The notes under the pieces were generated by a model. The model saw only the letters and a program-made list of their open reading frames with translations, did no database searches and had not been told where the DNA came from. A stretch of 64,000 nt of DNA from a virus, in the IMG/VR virus record IMGVR_UViG_3300033475_001387; one strand, written 5' to 3'. Shown here one piece after another: positions 54,365-62,660 of the stretch. The number at the start of each line of letters is the position of its first letter. The first letter of the stretch is position 1. A program made the position numbers and the translations under genes.

Positions 54365-54688
54365 CTAGCTGGCCGACCCACTATCCGACGCCCGACCTTC
54401 ACCGGTCGGGCGTTCGGCGTCTGTCGACTTGTGCGCAGATCTACCGCCGACATAACCGGTCGCGATCTGCTGGGCGCGGGCCCGGGTAATGCCGAGCTCG
54501 TCTCCGATGACCGTGTAGCTGCGGTCCTCGTGCATGGCGTTGACGGCTTCCCGCCGTGCCTCGCGCAGCCACGTCTGGAGCGCCGGCACGGCGTCGATCG
54601 CCTGCATGAGCGCCTTGGCGCGTGCAGTGGGATCGGGCTCGTCGGCCAGGCTACCGAGCACCTCGAACGGGGGCGGGGGCGCGTCCAT
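54365..54688 (-). CDS. Small HTH regulator
   Basis: RSYTVIGDELGITRARAQQIATG. Confidence 0.75.
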   Translation of the reverse strand: MDAPPPPFEVLGSLADEPDPTARAKALMQAIDAVPALQTWLREARREAVNAMHEDRSYTVIGDELGITRARAQQIATGYVGGRSAHKSTDAERPTGEGRASDSGSAS

Positions 54689-54696
54689 GGGGACAG

Positions 54697-54739
54697 TGTA
54701 TCGGGCCCCCTTGACGCTGACTAGGGGACCCTATACATT
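54697..54739 (+). promoter_or_regulatory. Promoter flanked by 15-bp inverted repeat
   Basis: TTGACG, 17 bp spacer, TACATT; TGTATCGGGCCCCCT / AGGGGACCCTATACA (13 of 15 complementary). Confidence 0.7.
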
Positions 54740-54778
54740 AAAGATGCCAGCACGGACCGCCGAACGAGGAGCCGAACA

Positions 54779-55069
54779 ATGCTCGCCCTAGCCTCGATCC
54801 TGATCCTCATCGCCATCGGCGCCCTGCTCGCGGCCGCCGGCACCGCAGGGTTCGTCCTCGTCTGGCAGCAGGCCTCATCGGCCGCCGACCTCGGTCACGC
54901 CCGTGTGACCGCTACGGCCGGCCGCTGGATGTCCGCGATCGGCCTGACCCTGTTCACCCTCCACCACACCGCCGCCGGCCCCGGTCTCGCTGCGCTCCTG
55001 TGCGTCGCAGCCCTCGCCGTCGCCACGCTCCTCACGAAATCCACCAGGCGCCTCGTTCACGCGCCCTGA
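54779..55069 (+). CDS. Small three-TM membrane protein (Spd-like)
   Basis: Three hydrophobic helices upstream of transfer genes. Confidence 0.6.
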   Translation: MLALASILILIAIGALLAAAGTAGFVLVWQQASSAADLGHARVTATAGRWMSAIGLTLFTLHHTAAGPGLAALLCVAALAVATLLTKSTRRLVHAP

Positions 55070-55168
55070 TATCGCTCGAATCGAAAAGCCCGAGGAACTT
55101 TGCCAGCTGAACCAGCCGGGAATTCCCCACCCCGCCCGGCGTAACGTAGAACCCGCACACATAAGGAC

Positions 55169-55205
55169 GGCCCCAAACCCGCTGACTCCAACAGCGGGCG
55201 GGGCC
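55169..55205 (+). repeat. Intergenic hairpin with GACTCCAA loop, copy 2
   Basis: GGCCCC..CCCGCTG-ACTCCAA-CAGCGGG.GGGGCC. Confidence 0.6.
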
Positions 55206-55239
55206 TAAACACCTCCGACGCTGAACTGGAGCGCCGCAA

Positions 55240-56211
55240 ATGCCTGCAGAGAAGGATAGCCGCACCGCGCCGCCGCCGAAACGCCGCGCGGCCCGACACG
55301 AGCCCACCCCACCCGTGCGCACCCCCAAGTCAGTGCGCATCGTCGCAGCCATCGGCATCCCGATCTCCCTCGCAGCCTCCGCCGCCGTCTCGTTCCAGGG
55401 CCTGTCCGGCCTGGGTGCGCTCATCGGCATCGCGCACCCGTGGCTGCTGCCGATCTCGATCGACGTCTACGCGATCACCGCCACCCTCATCGCGATGTTC
55501 CTGCCCGAGGGGCACCGGGCCCGGACCGCCGCCGAGTGGAACGCCCGGCTGGGCCTGGCCATGTCCATGGGCGGCAACGCCGCGGAGCGCGCGATCCACC
55601 TCGGCTCGTACACCGCCTCCGACGGCATCCTCACCTTCATCGGTGCGTGGCCGTCACTGATCGTCGAGCGACTGCTGCACCTGCAGGGCCGGCTCGCCGA
55701 CAGCGTGAAGACCACCGACACCGTCACCGACACCGAGGCGCCCGCGCCGACCGTCACCCGGCCGCGCAAGACCGACACTCCCGCGCGCGTCACCGTCACC
55801 GACACTCCCGCTCTGCCGCCGTCACCGACACCCGTCACCGACACTCTGGCCGACACTGCGCCCGTCACCGACACCGCGCCGTCGCCCGACACCGTCACCG
55901 CCCGCCCGACACTCGCGCCCGTCACCGTCGTCCGCGCGGCCGTCACCGACACCGACACCGACAGCGAACACGCCGAGCGCAGCCTCCCGTGGTGGGCCGA
56001 GAAGGCCGCACCCCTCTACCGGCAGTGGATGCGCGACCACAACGGCACCACCCCCGCCGCCCCCATGCTCGCCGATCTTCTGCGCAAGGCAGGCCACGAC
56101 GTCCCGGCCGGTGAGGTCCAGCGCCGCAAGATTCGGCGCGAGACCGAGACGTACATCAATGCGCACCCTGAGCCCGAGCCGGAGCCCGAGCAGGTCGGAG
56201 CCACGTCATGA
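55240..56211 (+). CDS. DUF2637/Spd-like membrane protein
   Basis: AAAVSFQGL..L...PWLLPISID...AMSMGGNA; TM N-terminus, Thr/Pro linker, C-terminal helical domain; coupled to FtsK-type gene. Confidence 0.75.
   Translation: MPAEKDSRTAPPPKRRAARHEPTPPVRTPKSVRIVAAIGIPISLAASAAVSFQGLSGLGALIGIAHPWLLPISIDVYAITATLIAMFLPEGHRARTAAEWNARLGLAMSMGGNAAERAIHLGSYTASDGILTFIGAWPSLIVERLLHLQGRLADSVKTTDTVTDTEAPAPTVTRPRKTDTPARVTVTDTPALPPSPTPVTDTLADTAPVTDTAPSPDTVTARPTLAPVTVVRAAVTDTDTDSEHAERSLPWWAEKAAPLYRQWMRDHNGTTPAAPMLADLLRKAGHDVPAGEVQRRKIRRETETYINAHPEPEPEPEQVGATS
55714..55964 (+). repeat. Co-oriented CCGACAC repeat array (candidate clt)
   Basis: 12 copies of CCGACAC, six within GTCACCGACAC, in more than one reading frame. 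Confidence 0.7.
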
Positions 56212-58517
56212 GCCTCATCAACCGCCACGCTTCAAGGGCCGCGGAGGCCGAGAACCTCGACGCAATCGGGGATCTCGACGCGGCCGGGGCCGAGCTCGTC
56301 GTGCGTGGCGTAGCGGAGCGCCGCATCGACCCGTACCGCACGACCAGCGGCAACACGATCATTCCGCGCCAGGGATACGCTCCAGGGCCCGCCATGGTGG
56401 CCCACGCCTACTCGCCGTTCTCCGGCGAGCTCCCGGCCCACGTGGCGGATCAGATGACCCCCGGCCGGGCCGACCGGACCGCGTGGGCGTTCTTCCAGTG
56501 GCTCCAGGACCGGCACCTGCTGCCCTCCGCCGCGGTCCTCGCCGGCCTCGTGTGCGGCTGGGGCACCGCCCTGACCGAACCCGACCACGTGCCCCTGGGC
56601 GCGGTCACCACGGCCTTCGGTCTGGTCGGCGCCCTCGGCTACGGCGGGCTGCACGTCATCCGGTCGATCAACTCCGACAGTGAGCCGATGCACCGCTCGC
56701 AGCACGCTGTCGGTCTGCTCGGGCTCGTCGCCACCGCGTTCGGTGTCGTCTGCATCACCGGACCGTCGTTCTACGGTGTCGGTGTCACCCTGCTCGAACT
56801 CGGTGTCGCCTACTGGGCGTACTTCGAGCACCGACACTCCAGGCTGTCGGATCAGCGGGAGTTCACTGTCGCCTACCACGCCGCCGTCACTCAGCAGATC
56901 GTGGCAGTGTCGGGCGACAGTGGCGCCGCGATGCAGCCGCTGCCGCTCGACGGCCAGGTCCTCTCCCACGAGGAGACGATGGTCCGCAACGCGTTCGACG
57001 GCATCGGGATCGGCCTGTCCGACATCTACGGCTTCTCGCGGATCAACGAGTCGTCGTTCGCCGTCACCGTCGTGCTGGCGCCGGCGAAGGGCATCAGCCC
57101 CGACGCGATCATCCGGCGCCGCGAGGAGATCAAGAGCGCGCTGCAGGCGAACCAGGTCCTGATCACGAAGACGCGCCGCGGCCACGAGGTGCGGATCACC
57201 GCGCGCTACGGGGAGATCGACGAGCTCGCCGAGACGATAGAGGCACCGGGCATCACCGTCCGCTCGATCAAGGAGCCGATCCCGCTCGGGCCGGCCGCTA
57301 CCGGTGAGATGTCGCTGCTGCACCTGCTCGGCAACCACACCGTCATCGGCGGCACGACGAACAACGGAAAGTCCGGTCTGGTCAACAACATCGTCACGCA
57401 GGTCGTGCCGATGAAAGACGCGCGCCTGGTTCTCCTGGACTGCAAGCCCGGCCAATTGGAGCTCGGGATTTACGAGGACGTCGCGTACGCGTCGGCGGAT
57501 TCATTCGAGCGCGCAGCGTTGATTCTGAAGGCTCTGGTCGCGGTGATGAATATCCGCGGCGCGAAGCTCAAGAAGCTGCGCCTGGAGTCCGGCAAGCCCG
57601 CGCGACAGTGGGACACCGAGGACGGGCCTGCCCTCGTCGTGGTGATCGACGAGCTCGCGGAGCTGTTCCGCGACCTCAAGCAGACCGAACTCAAGAAGAT
57701 CAAGAATGATGTGCTGCGCGACGCGATCGAGCACATGAACGCGAACTTCGTGCGTCTGTGCCAGGTCGCCCGCGCCTACGCCATCTCCCTGGTCATTGCG
57801 ACACAGAAGCCGGACGCGCTCGCGGCCGGCGGTGTGAAGTCCGGTGTCGACCAGGCGCAGAACCGGCTGTGCGTCGCGACCACGAGCTCGCGCCTGACGA
57901 ACATCGTGCTGCGTGAGGGCGCACACGGCGAGGGCTTCAAGGCGACCGAGCTCGACGTGGCCGGCAAATTCCTGATGATCACACTGAAGGAGGCGCTGAA
58001 GGTCGAGCGCAAGTCCTTCTGGTGGACCGACGAGCGCATCGCCGAGGTCGTCGAGCAGAACGGCGAGGACCTCGCCCCACTGGCGGACGATGAGGATGAT
58101 GCGTTCAAGGCGATCCTCGCCGGCCGCAAGCCCGACTTCGAGATCCCCTCCCCGTTCGACGACCCCGACGGCACGGAGGACGAGTGGGACGAGGAGGAGT
58201 TCGACGACACGCCCGCCGCCGACCCGCGCCACGGACTGCGGCTCGTGCCGGAGTACCCGGACGGCAGCGTGATCGAGACCAAATACCTGGCGTGCTGGGA
58301 GATGCTCGCCACCTTCGGCGACCGCGGCGCGACCGTCGCAGACCTCTCCGTCGCCGCCAAGCGCGCCGGGCACGAGAACAGCTCGCTCGCGTGGGTGCGC
58401 AACCTGTGCGCGGAGTGGCGCGCCGCCGGTTACGTCGTGGTCGAGCAGCAGGGCCGGGACTTCCGGTACTGGCGCGACGACGCCGCCGTGCGCCAGCAGT
58501 TGCGGATGGAGGCGTAG
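56208..58517 (+). CDS. FtsK/SpoIIIE-family conjugative DNA translocase (TraB/TraSA-like)
   Basis: N-terminal TM helices, Walker A GGTTNNGKS, LLDCKPG, Walker B VVIDELAE, ATQKP, C-terminal winged helix. Confidence 0.9.
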   Translation: MSLINRHASRAAEAENLDAIGDLDAAGAELVVRGVAERRIDPYRTTSGNTIIPRQGYAPGPAMVAHAYSPFSGELPAHVADQMTPGRADRTAWAFFQWLQDRHLLPSAAVLAGLVCGWGTALTEPDHVPLGAVTTAFGLVGALGYGGLHVIRSINSDSEPMHRSQHAVGLLGLVATAFGVVCITGPSFYGVGVTLLELGVAYWAYFEHRHSRLSDQREFTVAYHAAVTQQIVAVSGDSGAAMQPLPLDGQVLSHEETMVRNAFDGIGIGLSDIYGFSRINESSFAVTVVLAPAKGISPDAIIRRREEIKSALQANQVLITKTRRGHEVRITARYGEIDELAETIEAPGITVRSIKEPIPLGPAATGEMSLLHLLGNHTVIGGTTNNGKSGLVNNIVTQVVPMKDARLVLLDCKPGQLELGIYEDVAYASADSFERAALILKALVAVMNIRGAKLKKLRLESGKPARQWDTEDGPALVVVIDELAELFRDLKQTELKKIKNDVLRDAIEHMNANFVRLCQVARAYAISLVIATQKPDALAAGGVKSGVDQAQNRLCVATTSSRLTNIVLREGAHGEGFKATELDVAGKFLMITLKEALKVERKSFWWTDERIAEVVEQNGEDLAPLADDEDDAFKAILAGRKPDFEIPSPFDDPDGTEDEWDEEEFDDTPAADPRHGLRLVPEYPDGSVIETKYLACWEMLATFGDRGATVADLSVAAKRAGHENSSLAWVRNLCAEWRAAGYVVVEQQGRDFRYWRDDAAVRQQLRMEA

Positions 58518-58520
58518 CCG

Positions 58521-59984
58521 ATGGCCGGCAAGCCCCGGCGCCGCAAGCCGCCGGCAACGGCCGTGGACCGGGCGGTGCGCTCAGCGAAGCGCACCGCCCG
58601 GTCCATGACCCCGGACCGAGTGGTCGCCCGGTTCCTGAGCGGCGGGCGACACCAGACGATCGGCGCGATCGCAAGAGCGCCGTTCAAGGAGCACACGGTC
58701 GCCACCCCGAAGTCGGGCAAGCGCCGCTACCAGCAGATCGTGGCGAAGGAGCGCAAGGCCCAGGCGAAGAAGGCCGCTGAGACGAAGCGGGCGCAGGCCG
58801 CGGCACAGAGAGCTGTCCGCGCCCAGACGCGGGGCCAGAAGCCGCGCGCGCCGAGGCCGCAGCGGCAGCCGATCGCCGTGAACCCGCGCACCGGCAAGGC
58901 GATCACCTGGGGCCAGGCGCAGGCCGGTGTGCGGGCCGCGCAACGCGAGGTCGACCGGATCGAGCGGGAACTCGCCGGCGCCCCGGCGCCGCGCCCGCGC
59001 GCACCTCGGCCGAAGCCGGAGCAGGCGCCCGCCTCGAAGTCGCCGCTGCAGGCCGCCATCGCCGAGGTCAAGGCCAAGCAGAAGCCGCCGGACCGGACAC
59101 CGGCCAAGCCGAAGCCCCGGAAGAAAGCCGCCGCCAAGCCGCGCCGCCCGCTGGCGAAGAAGAACAGCGGCATCGAGACCGTCGCCGACCTGATCCCGGG
59201 CCGCGCGATCCTCGCCCCCACCACGCCGCAGCGCGCCACCCCCGGCGCGCCGACGGCGCCGTATGCCATCCCGCTGAGCCCGCGCTCTCGTGCCGCCCGC
59301 AAGGGCGGCAAGGGCGTGTACGGCGCCGTCCTGCGACGCACCTGCGAATGCGGCGGCACTGGCCGCATCCCCACCTACGACCCGAAGACCGCGGCACTCA
59401 CCGGCTCCGCCTCCTGCCCGGTGCACGGACGCCGCGCCCGCGGCACCCGCCGCCACTTCACCCGCACCGCCGCCCGCGACGCCGGCCTGCCCGGGCTCGC
59501 CGGGTACCTCGAGAAGAAGCGCCGCAACGGATCGAAGCGGCTCGACAAGCAGCAGGAACGCGTACAGCACCGCGCCGCCACCGACCTACGGCGCATGGGC
59601 CCGACCGTGCCGTGCCCGCAGACCGCGCACTGCGACAACGGAATCTGGGACCGCAAGGACAAGGACCGCGAGCGCGAGGCGTTCATCGCCGCGCACGTCG
59701 CCGCCGCCCGCGCCGAGGACCAGCCCGTCCCGTCGAACCGGAGACTGCGGAAGCTGGCCGCACAGGCACTGCCGTATGAGCACTGCGACACCTGCGGCGG
59801 CCTCGGCCGCGTGCCGACCTCGACCGAGGTCACCCAGGACGGTCAGATCCCGGTGTGGGAGTGGCGTACCGGCGCGGGCCTGCGCTACGGACACCAGCCC
59901 ACGGCGCGCGAGCGCTCGACCGGCCGACGGCAGACCGAACACGCCGAGCGCGTCGAGCGCCGCCGCAAACTCCCCCGCCTGTAG
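58521..59984 (+). CDS. Basic protein with DnaJ-type zinc-finger motifs
   Basis: CECGGTGR and CDTCGGLGR; Arg/Lys/Ala-rich. Confidence 0.65.
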   Translation: MAGKPRRRKPPATAVDRAVRSAKRTARSMTPDRVVARFLSGGRHQTIGAIARAPFKEHTVATPKSGKRRYQQIVAKERKAQAKKAAETKRAQAAAQRAVRAQTRGQKPRAPRPQRQPIAVNPRTGKAITWGQAQAGVRAAQREVDRIERELAGAPAPRPRAPRPKPEQAPASKSPLQAAIAEVKAKQKPPDRTPAKPKPRKKAAAKPRRPLAKKNSGIETVADLIPGRAILAPTTPQRATPGAPTAPYAIPLSPRSRAARKGGKGVYGAVLRRTCECGGTGRIPTYDPKTAALTGSASCPVHGRRARGTRRHFTRTAARDAGLPGLAGYLEKKRRNGSKRLDKQQERVQHRAATDLRRMGPTVPCPQTAHCDNGIWDRKDKDREREAFIAAHVAAARAEDQPVPSNRRLRKLAAQALPYEHCDTCGGLGRVPTSTEVTQDGQIPVWEWRTGAGLRYGHQPTARERSTGRRQTEHAERVERRRKLPRL

Positions 59985-60146
59985 GCCCACCGAACCGTCG
60001 GTAGCTGACCACCTGATTAGGAAACAGGAAACACCTTCCCGCCCCCTTGCTGCAGCGGGAGAATCAGAACTAGAAGACGGGCCGCCACCGAGGCAACGGC
60101 GACGGCCCAGCCCCCTCCGTAGTACCGACGAAGGAGACACCACATC

Positions 60147-60608
60147 ATGGACCACTCCAGTCCGGGATCCAAGCCCCGGGTTTTGATCACCACGTACGGC
60201 AGCCTCCACGGCGCGCCGCCGAGGTCCGCGCCGTTCGCCGTGCTCGCACTCGACCTGCGCCACTCGCTGCGCAACCCGTTCGACGACCCGGCGATGCGCG
60301 AGTTGACCGGCCTCGACCCCGTCGTGCGCGACCACGTCCTGAACACCGACGGTGCCGACGCGATCCTCGCCGACACCACCGGGCGCCTGATGGCGCTGCT
60401 CGACTGGTCCGACCGGAAGAACGCGCAGACCGACCGCGACGACCAGGTCACCTTGCACGTGTTCTGCAAGGGCGGCCGGCACCGTTCGGTCGCCGTAGCC
60501 GAGGAGATCGCCGCGACGCTCCGCTCCGCCGAAATCAGCGTCGGCGTCGAGCACCGCGACGTCACCAAGCCCGTGATCCAGCCGACTTCCGCGACCCAGG
60601 AGGCGTGA
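60147..60608 (+). CDS. RapZ C-terminal-domain-like protein
   Basis: ITTYG..HG...DLR..LRNPF.DP.MRELTG.D..V...V...C.GGRHRSVA. Confidence 0.8.
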   Translation: MDHSSPGSKPRVLITTYGSLHGAPPRSAPFAVLALDLRHSLRNPFDDPAMRELTGLDPVVRDHVLNTDGADAILADTTGRLMALLDWSDRKNAQTDRDDQVTLHVFCKGGRHRSVAVAEEIAATLRSAEISVGVEHRDVTKPVIQPTSATQEA

Positions 60609-60610
60609 CC

Positions 60611-60808
60611 ATGGCGAAGAAGATGCCGACCCACGGCATGGACGACGACACGCGCCAGATGTGGGCCGAAGGCAAGCTCGAAACGTTCTCCTACGTCGCG
60701 AAGAAGGCACGTCAGGACGGCAACCTCGCCGAACAGCAGTGGGCCAACGACGGCATGAACGAGATGCTCGACCACCTCGAGGACATCAAGAACCGCCGGC
60801 GCGGATAG
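60611..60808 (+). CDS. Hypothetical protein
   Basis: GGAGG RBS; 65 aa. Confidence 0.55.
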   Translation: MAKKMPTHGMDDDTRQMWAEGKLETFSYVAKKARQDGNLAEQQWANDGMNEMLDHLEDIKNRRRG

Positions 60809-61015
60809 CTTCCGTCGCACGCCCCGGTTGCCCTGGTTGGGCGGCCGGGGCGTTGCCGTTCCCCAGCTGTACCCGCGTCCTGACGGATCCGGCTTGCGTT
60901 GCGTGCACGCGACACGCACAATCACATCAACGATCACGGCCGCCCCGGGCACCAACCGGAGCGGCCACAAGACGGATCGGACGACACCCCAACCGTACCG
61001 TCCCGGGAGTTGTCC

Positions 61016-61849
61016 ATGCCTCTACCAGCGCGCCCCTACTGGGTCCACTCCGACCCGGCCACTCCCGAACCCGCCGCCCCGGTGCCGCCCGCACCGAGCG
61101 CCGGCCCGTGCCCGCACCGCTGCAACCGCGACTGGCGCAAGGCGGTGGAGGACTACGACAAGGCCGTCGCCGCGTGGGCCGCCGCCGGGTACCGCGGCCA
61201 AGAGCCCGCCCCCGTCGAGATCGAGCCGTGGCCCGGCGAGCCGATCCTGTGCCGCCGCTGCACCGCCACCGTCCGTGCCGCCCTACGCGAACTGCCGCGC
61301 GCGTACGACGCGCTCGCCGCCGTACCGTTCCTCACCCGGTCCGCGTCCGCGGGCGAAGAGCGCCGCGGCCGCTCCGACGTGCCCGCCTCGCCCAGCCCGG
61401 GCGCCGACCACCAGGACGAGATCCTGCGCCTGGCCCGCGAGTGGGAGGACGCGGTCCGCAAGCACCTGGGCCACGCTGCGGCGACCGACGCATTCGGCCG
61501 CCCGACCGCGACCCTCGCGGCCGCGGTCGAGTATCTGAACGCGAACTACACCGCGCTGCTCGAGTGGGAGCGTGACCCGGTCGAGGAGTTCGCCCGCGAC
61601 ATCGAACGCGCCTTCTCCACCGCGGTGGCGATGGTCAAGAACAAGCCCGTGCGCAAGCACCTACCCGTGCCCTGCCCGACCTGCGACACCCTCAGCCTGA
61701 TCCAGGAGGAGGGCATCGCGGGCAAACCCTGGTACGTCGAATGCGTCGAGCGGGCCGGCGGGTGCGGCCGGCTGTTCACCGAGTCCGAATACTCGTGGCT
61801 CACGCAGCTCATCACCGATGGCCACGTACCGACAGCGGCCGCCGCATGA
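61016..61849 (+). CDS. Zinc-finger phage protein in late-regulator position
   Basis: LCRRC..V...L.ELP..Y and C-terminal CPTC...C.....GC; precedes HTH and tRNAs as in actinophages. Confidence 0.65.
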   Translation: MPLPARPYWVHSDPATPEPAAPVPPAPSAGPCPHRCNRDWRKAVEDYDKAVAAWAAAGYRGQEPAPVEIEPWPGEPILCRRCTATVRAALRELPRAYDALAAVPFLTRSASAGEERRGRSDVPASPSPGADHQDEILRLAREWEDAVRKHLGHAAATDAFGRPTATLAAAVEYLNANYTALLEWERDPVEEFARDIERAFSTAVAMVKNKPVRKHLPVPCPTCDTLSLIQEEGIAGKPWYVECVERAGGCGRLFTESEYSWLTQLITDGHVPTAAAA

Positions 61850-62097
61850 ACGGGCCGACGCACTACCTGACGGTCGCCGAGGCCGCGCTCTTCACCGGCC
61901 GCTCCGAGCGCACGATCCGCCGATGGATGAACAACCAACTCCTGGCGATCTACCGGCGCGGAGACGGGATCCTCGTGCTCGACGTCAAGGAGCTCGCGCG
62001 CATCGAACGCCAGCAGCGCAACGCCAACCCGACGGCCCGGAGCAAGAAGCGCGCCGCGACGTTTGCACTGGTCCGCCCTGTTGACCTATCCTCCTGA
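61846..62097 (+). CDS. HTH DNA-binding protein
   Basis: LTVAEAALFTGRSERTIRRW. Confidence 0.8.
   Translation: MNGPTHYLTVAEAALFTGRSERTIRRWMNNQLLAIYRRGDGILVLDVKELARIERQQRNANPTARSKKRAATFALVRPVDLSS
62063..62092 (+). promoter_or_regulatory. Candidate late promoter
   Basis: TTGCAC, 18 bp spacer, TATCCT upstream of tRNA cluster. Confidence 0.45.
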
Positions 62098-62219
62098 GTA
62101 ATGAGGCGCAGAGCGCCCGCAGCAGACTTCGAGGACCCTGGCTCATGTCGGGGTCCTCTGTCGTTCCCGACCCGAAATCCGGGTGCGATCACCCCAGGCC
62201 GCCGCGTACCGTCGAGCCA

Positions 62220-62293
62220 AGCAGGGTAGCGCAGCCGGTTAGCGCGTCGGTTTCATACGTCGAAGGTCGCGGGTTCGAGTCCCGTCCCTGCCC
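62220..62293 (+). tRNA. tRNA-Met(CAT) with A1:C72 mismatch
   Basis: D arm GCGC, loop TT-CAT-AC, T arm GCGGG-TTCGAGT-CCCGT; no encoded CCA. Confidence 0.8.
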
Positions 62294-62295
62294 CC

Positions 62296-62368
62296 GGGGT
62301 TGACGCTGAGGTAGCGGGCCTGTCCTGCAAACAGGCTGCAGTCGGTTCGATTCCGACCTACTCCACCA
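62296..62368 (+). tRNA. Atypical tRNA, Ala(TGC)-like or Cys(GCA)-like
   Basis: G3:U70, A73, CCA; stem CCTGT/ACAGG centres TGC with C33; short D loop. Confidence 0.65.
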
Positions 62369-62395
62369 CTCGGACGACGGAACCGCCCGGGCGCT

Positions 62396-62476
62396 GGCGC
62401 GGCTGCTGGGACAGAACGGGGTCTGTAAAGCCCTGGCCTCCGGGCTCGCTAGGTTCGATTCCTAGACGCGCCACCA
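62396..62476 (+). tRNA. tRNA-Tyr(GTA), long variable arm
   Basis: CT-GTA-AA loop, T arm CTAGG/CCTAG, ACCA end; D arm degenerate. Confidence 0.75.
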
Positions 62477-62500
62477 CGTAGATTCCGCTTCTCCAGCCGC

Positions 62501-62572
62501 GCCGTGTTAGCTCAGTGGGTAGAGCGTCGCTCTCGTAAAGCGGAGGCCAGGGTTCGAACCCCTGACGCGGCT
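62501..62572 (+). tRNA. tRNA-Thr(CGT)
   Basis: Canonical cloverleaf; CT-CGT-AA loop. Confidence 0.88.
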
Positions 62573-62583
62573 CGCCCCGTCGA

Positions 62584-62660
62584 AGCCCGGGGCTTCACCT
62601 CGACGGTCGGGGACGCGCCTGCAAAGCGCGCAGCAGTCGGTTCGACTCCGATCCGGGCAT
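62584..62660 (+). tRNA. tRNA-Cys(GCA)-like, atypical D region
   Basis: CGCGC-CTGCAAA-GCGCG, T arm GTCGG-TTCGACT-CCGAT, 6-bp acceptor GCCCGG/CCGGGC. Confidence 0.6.
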
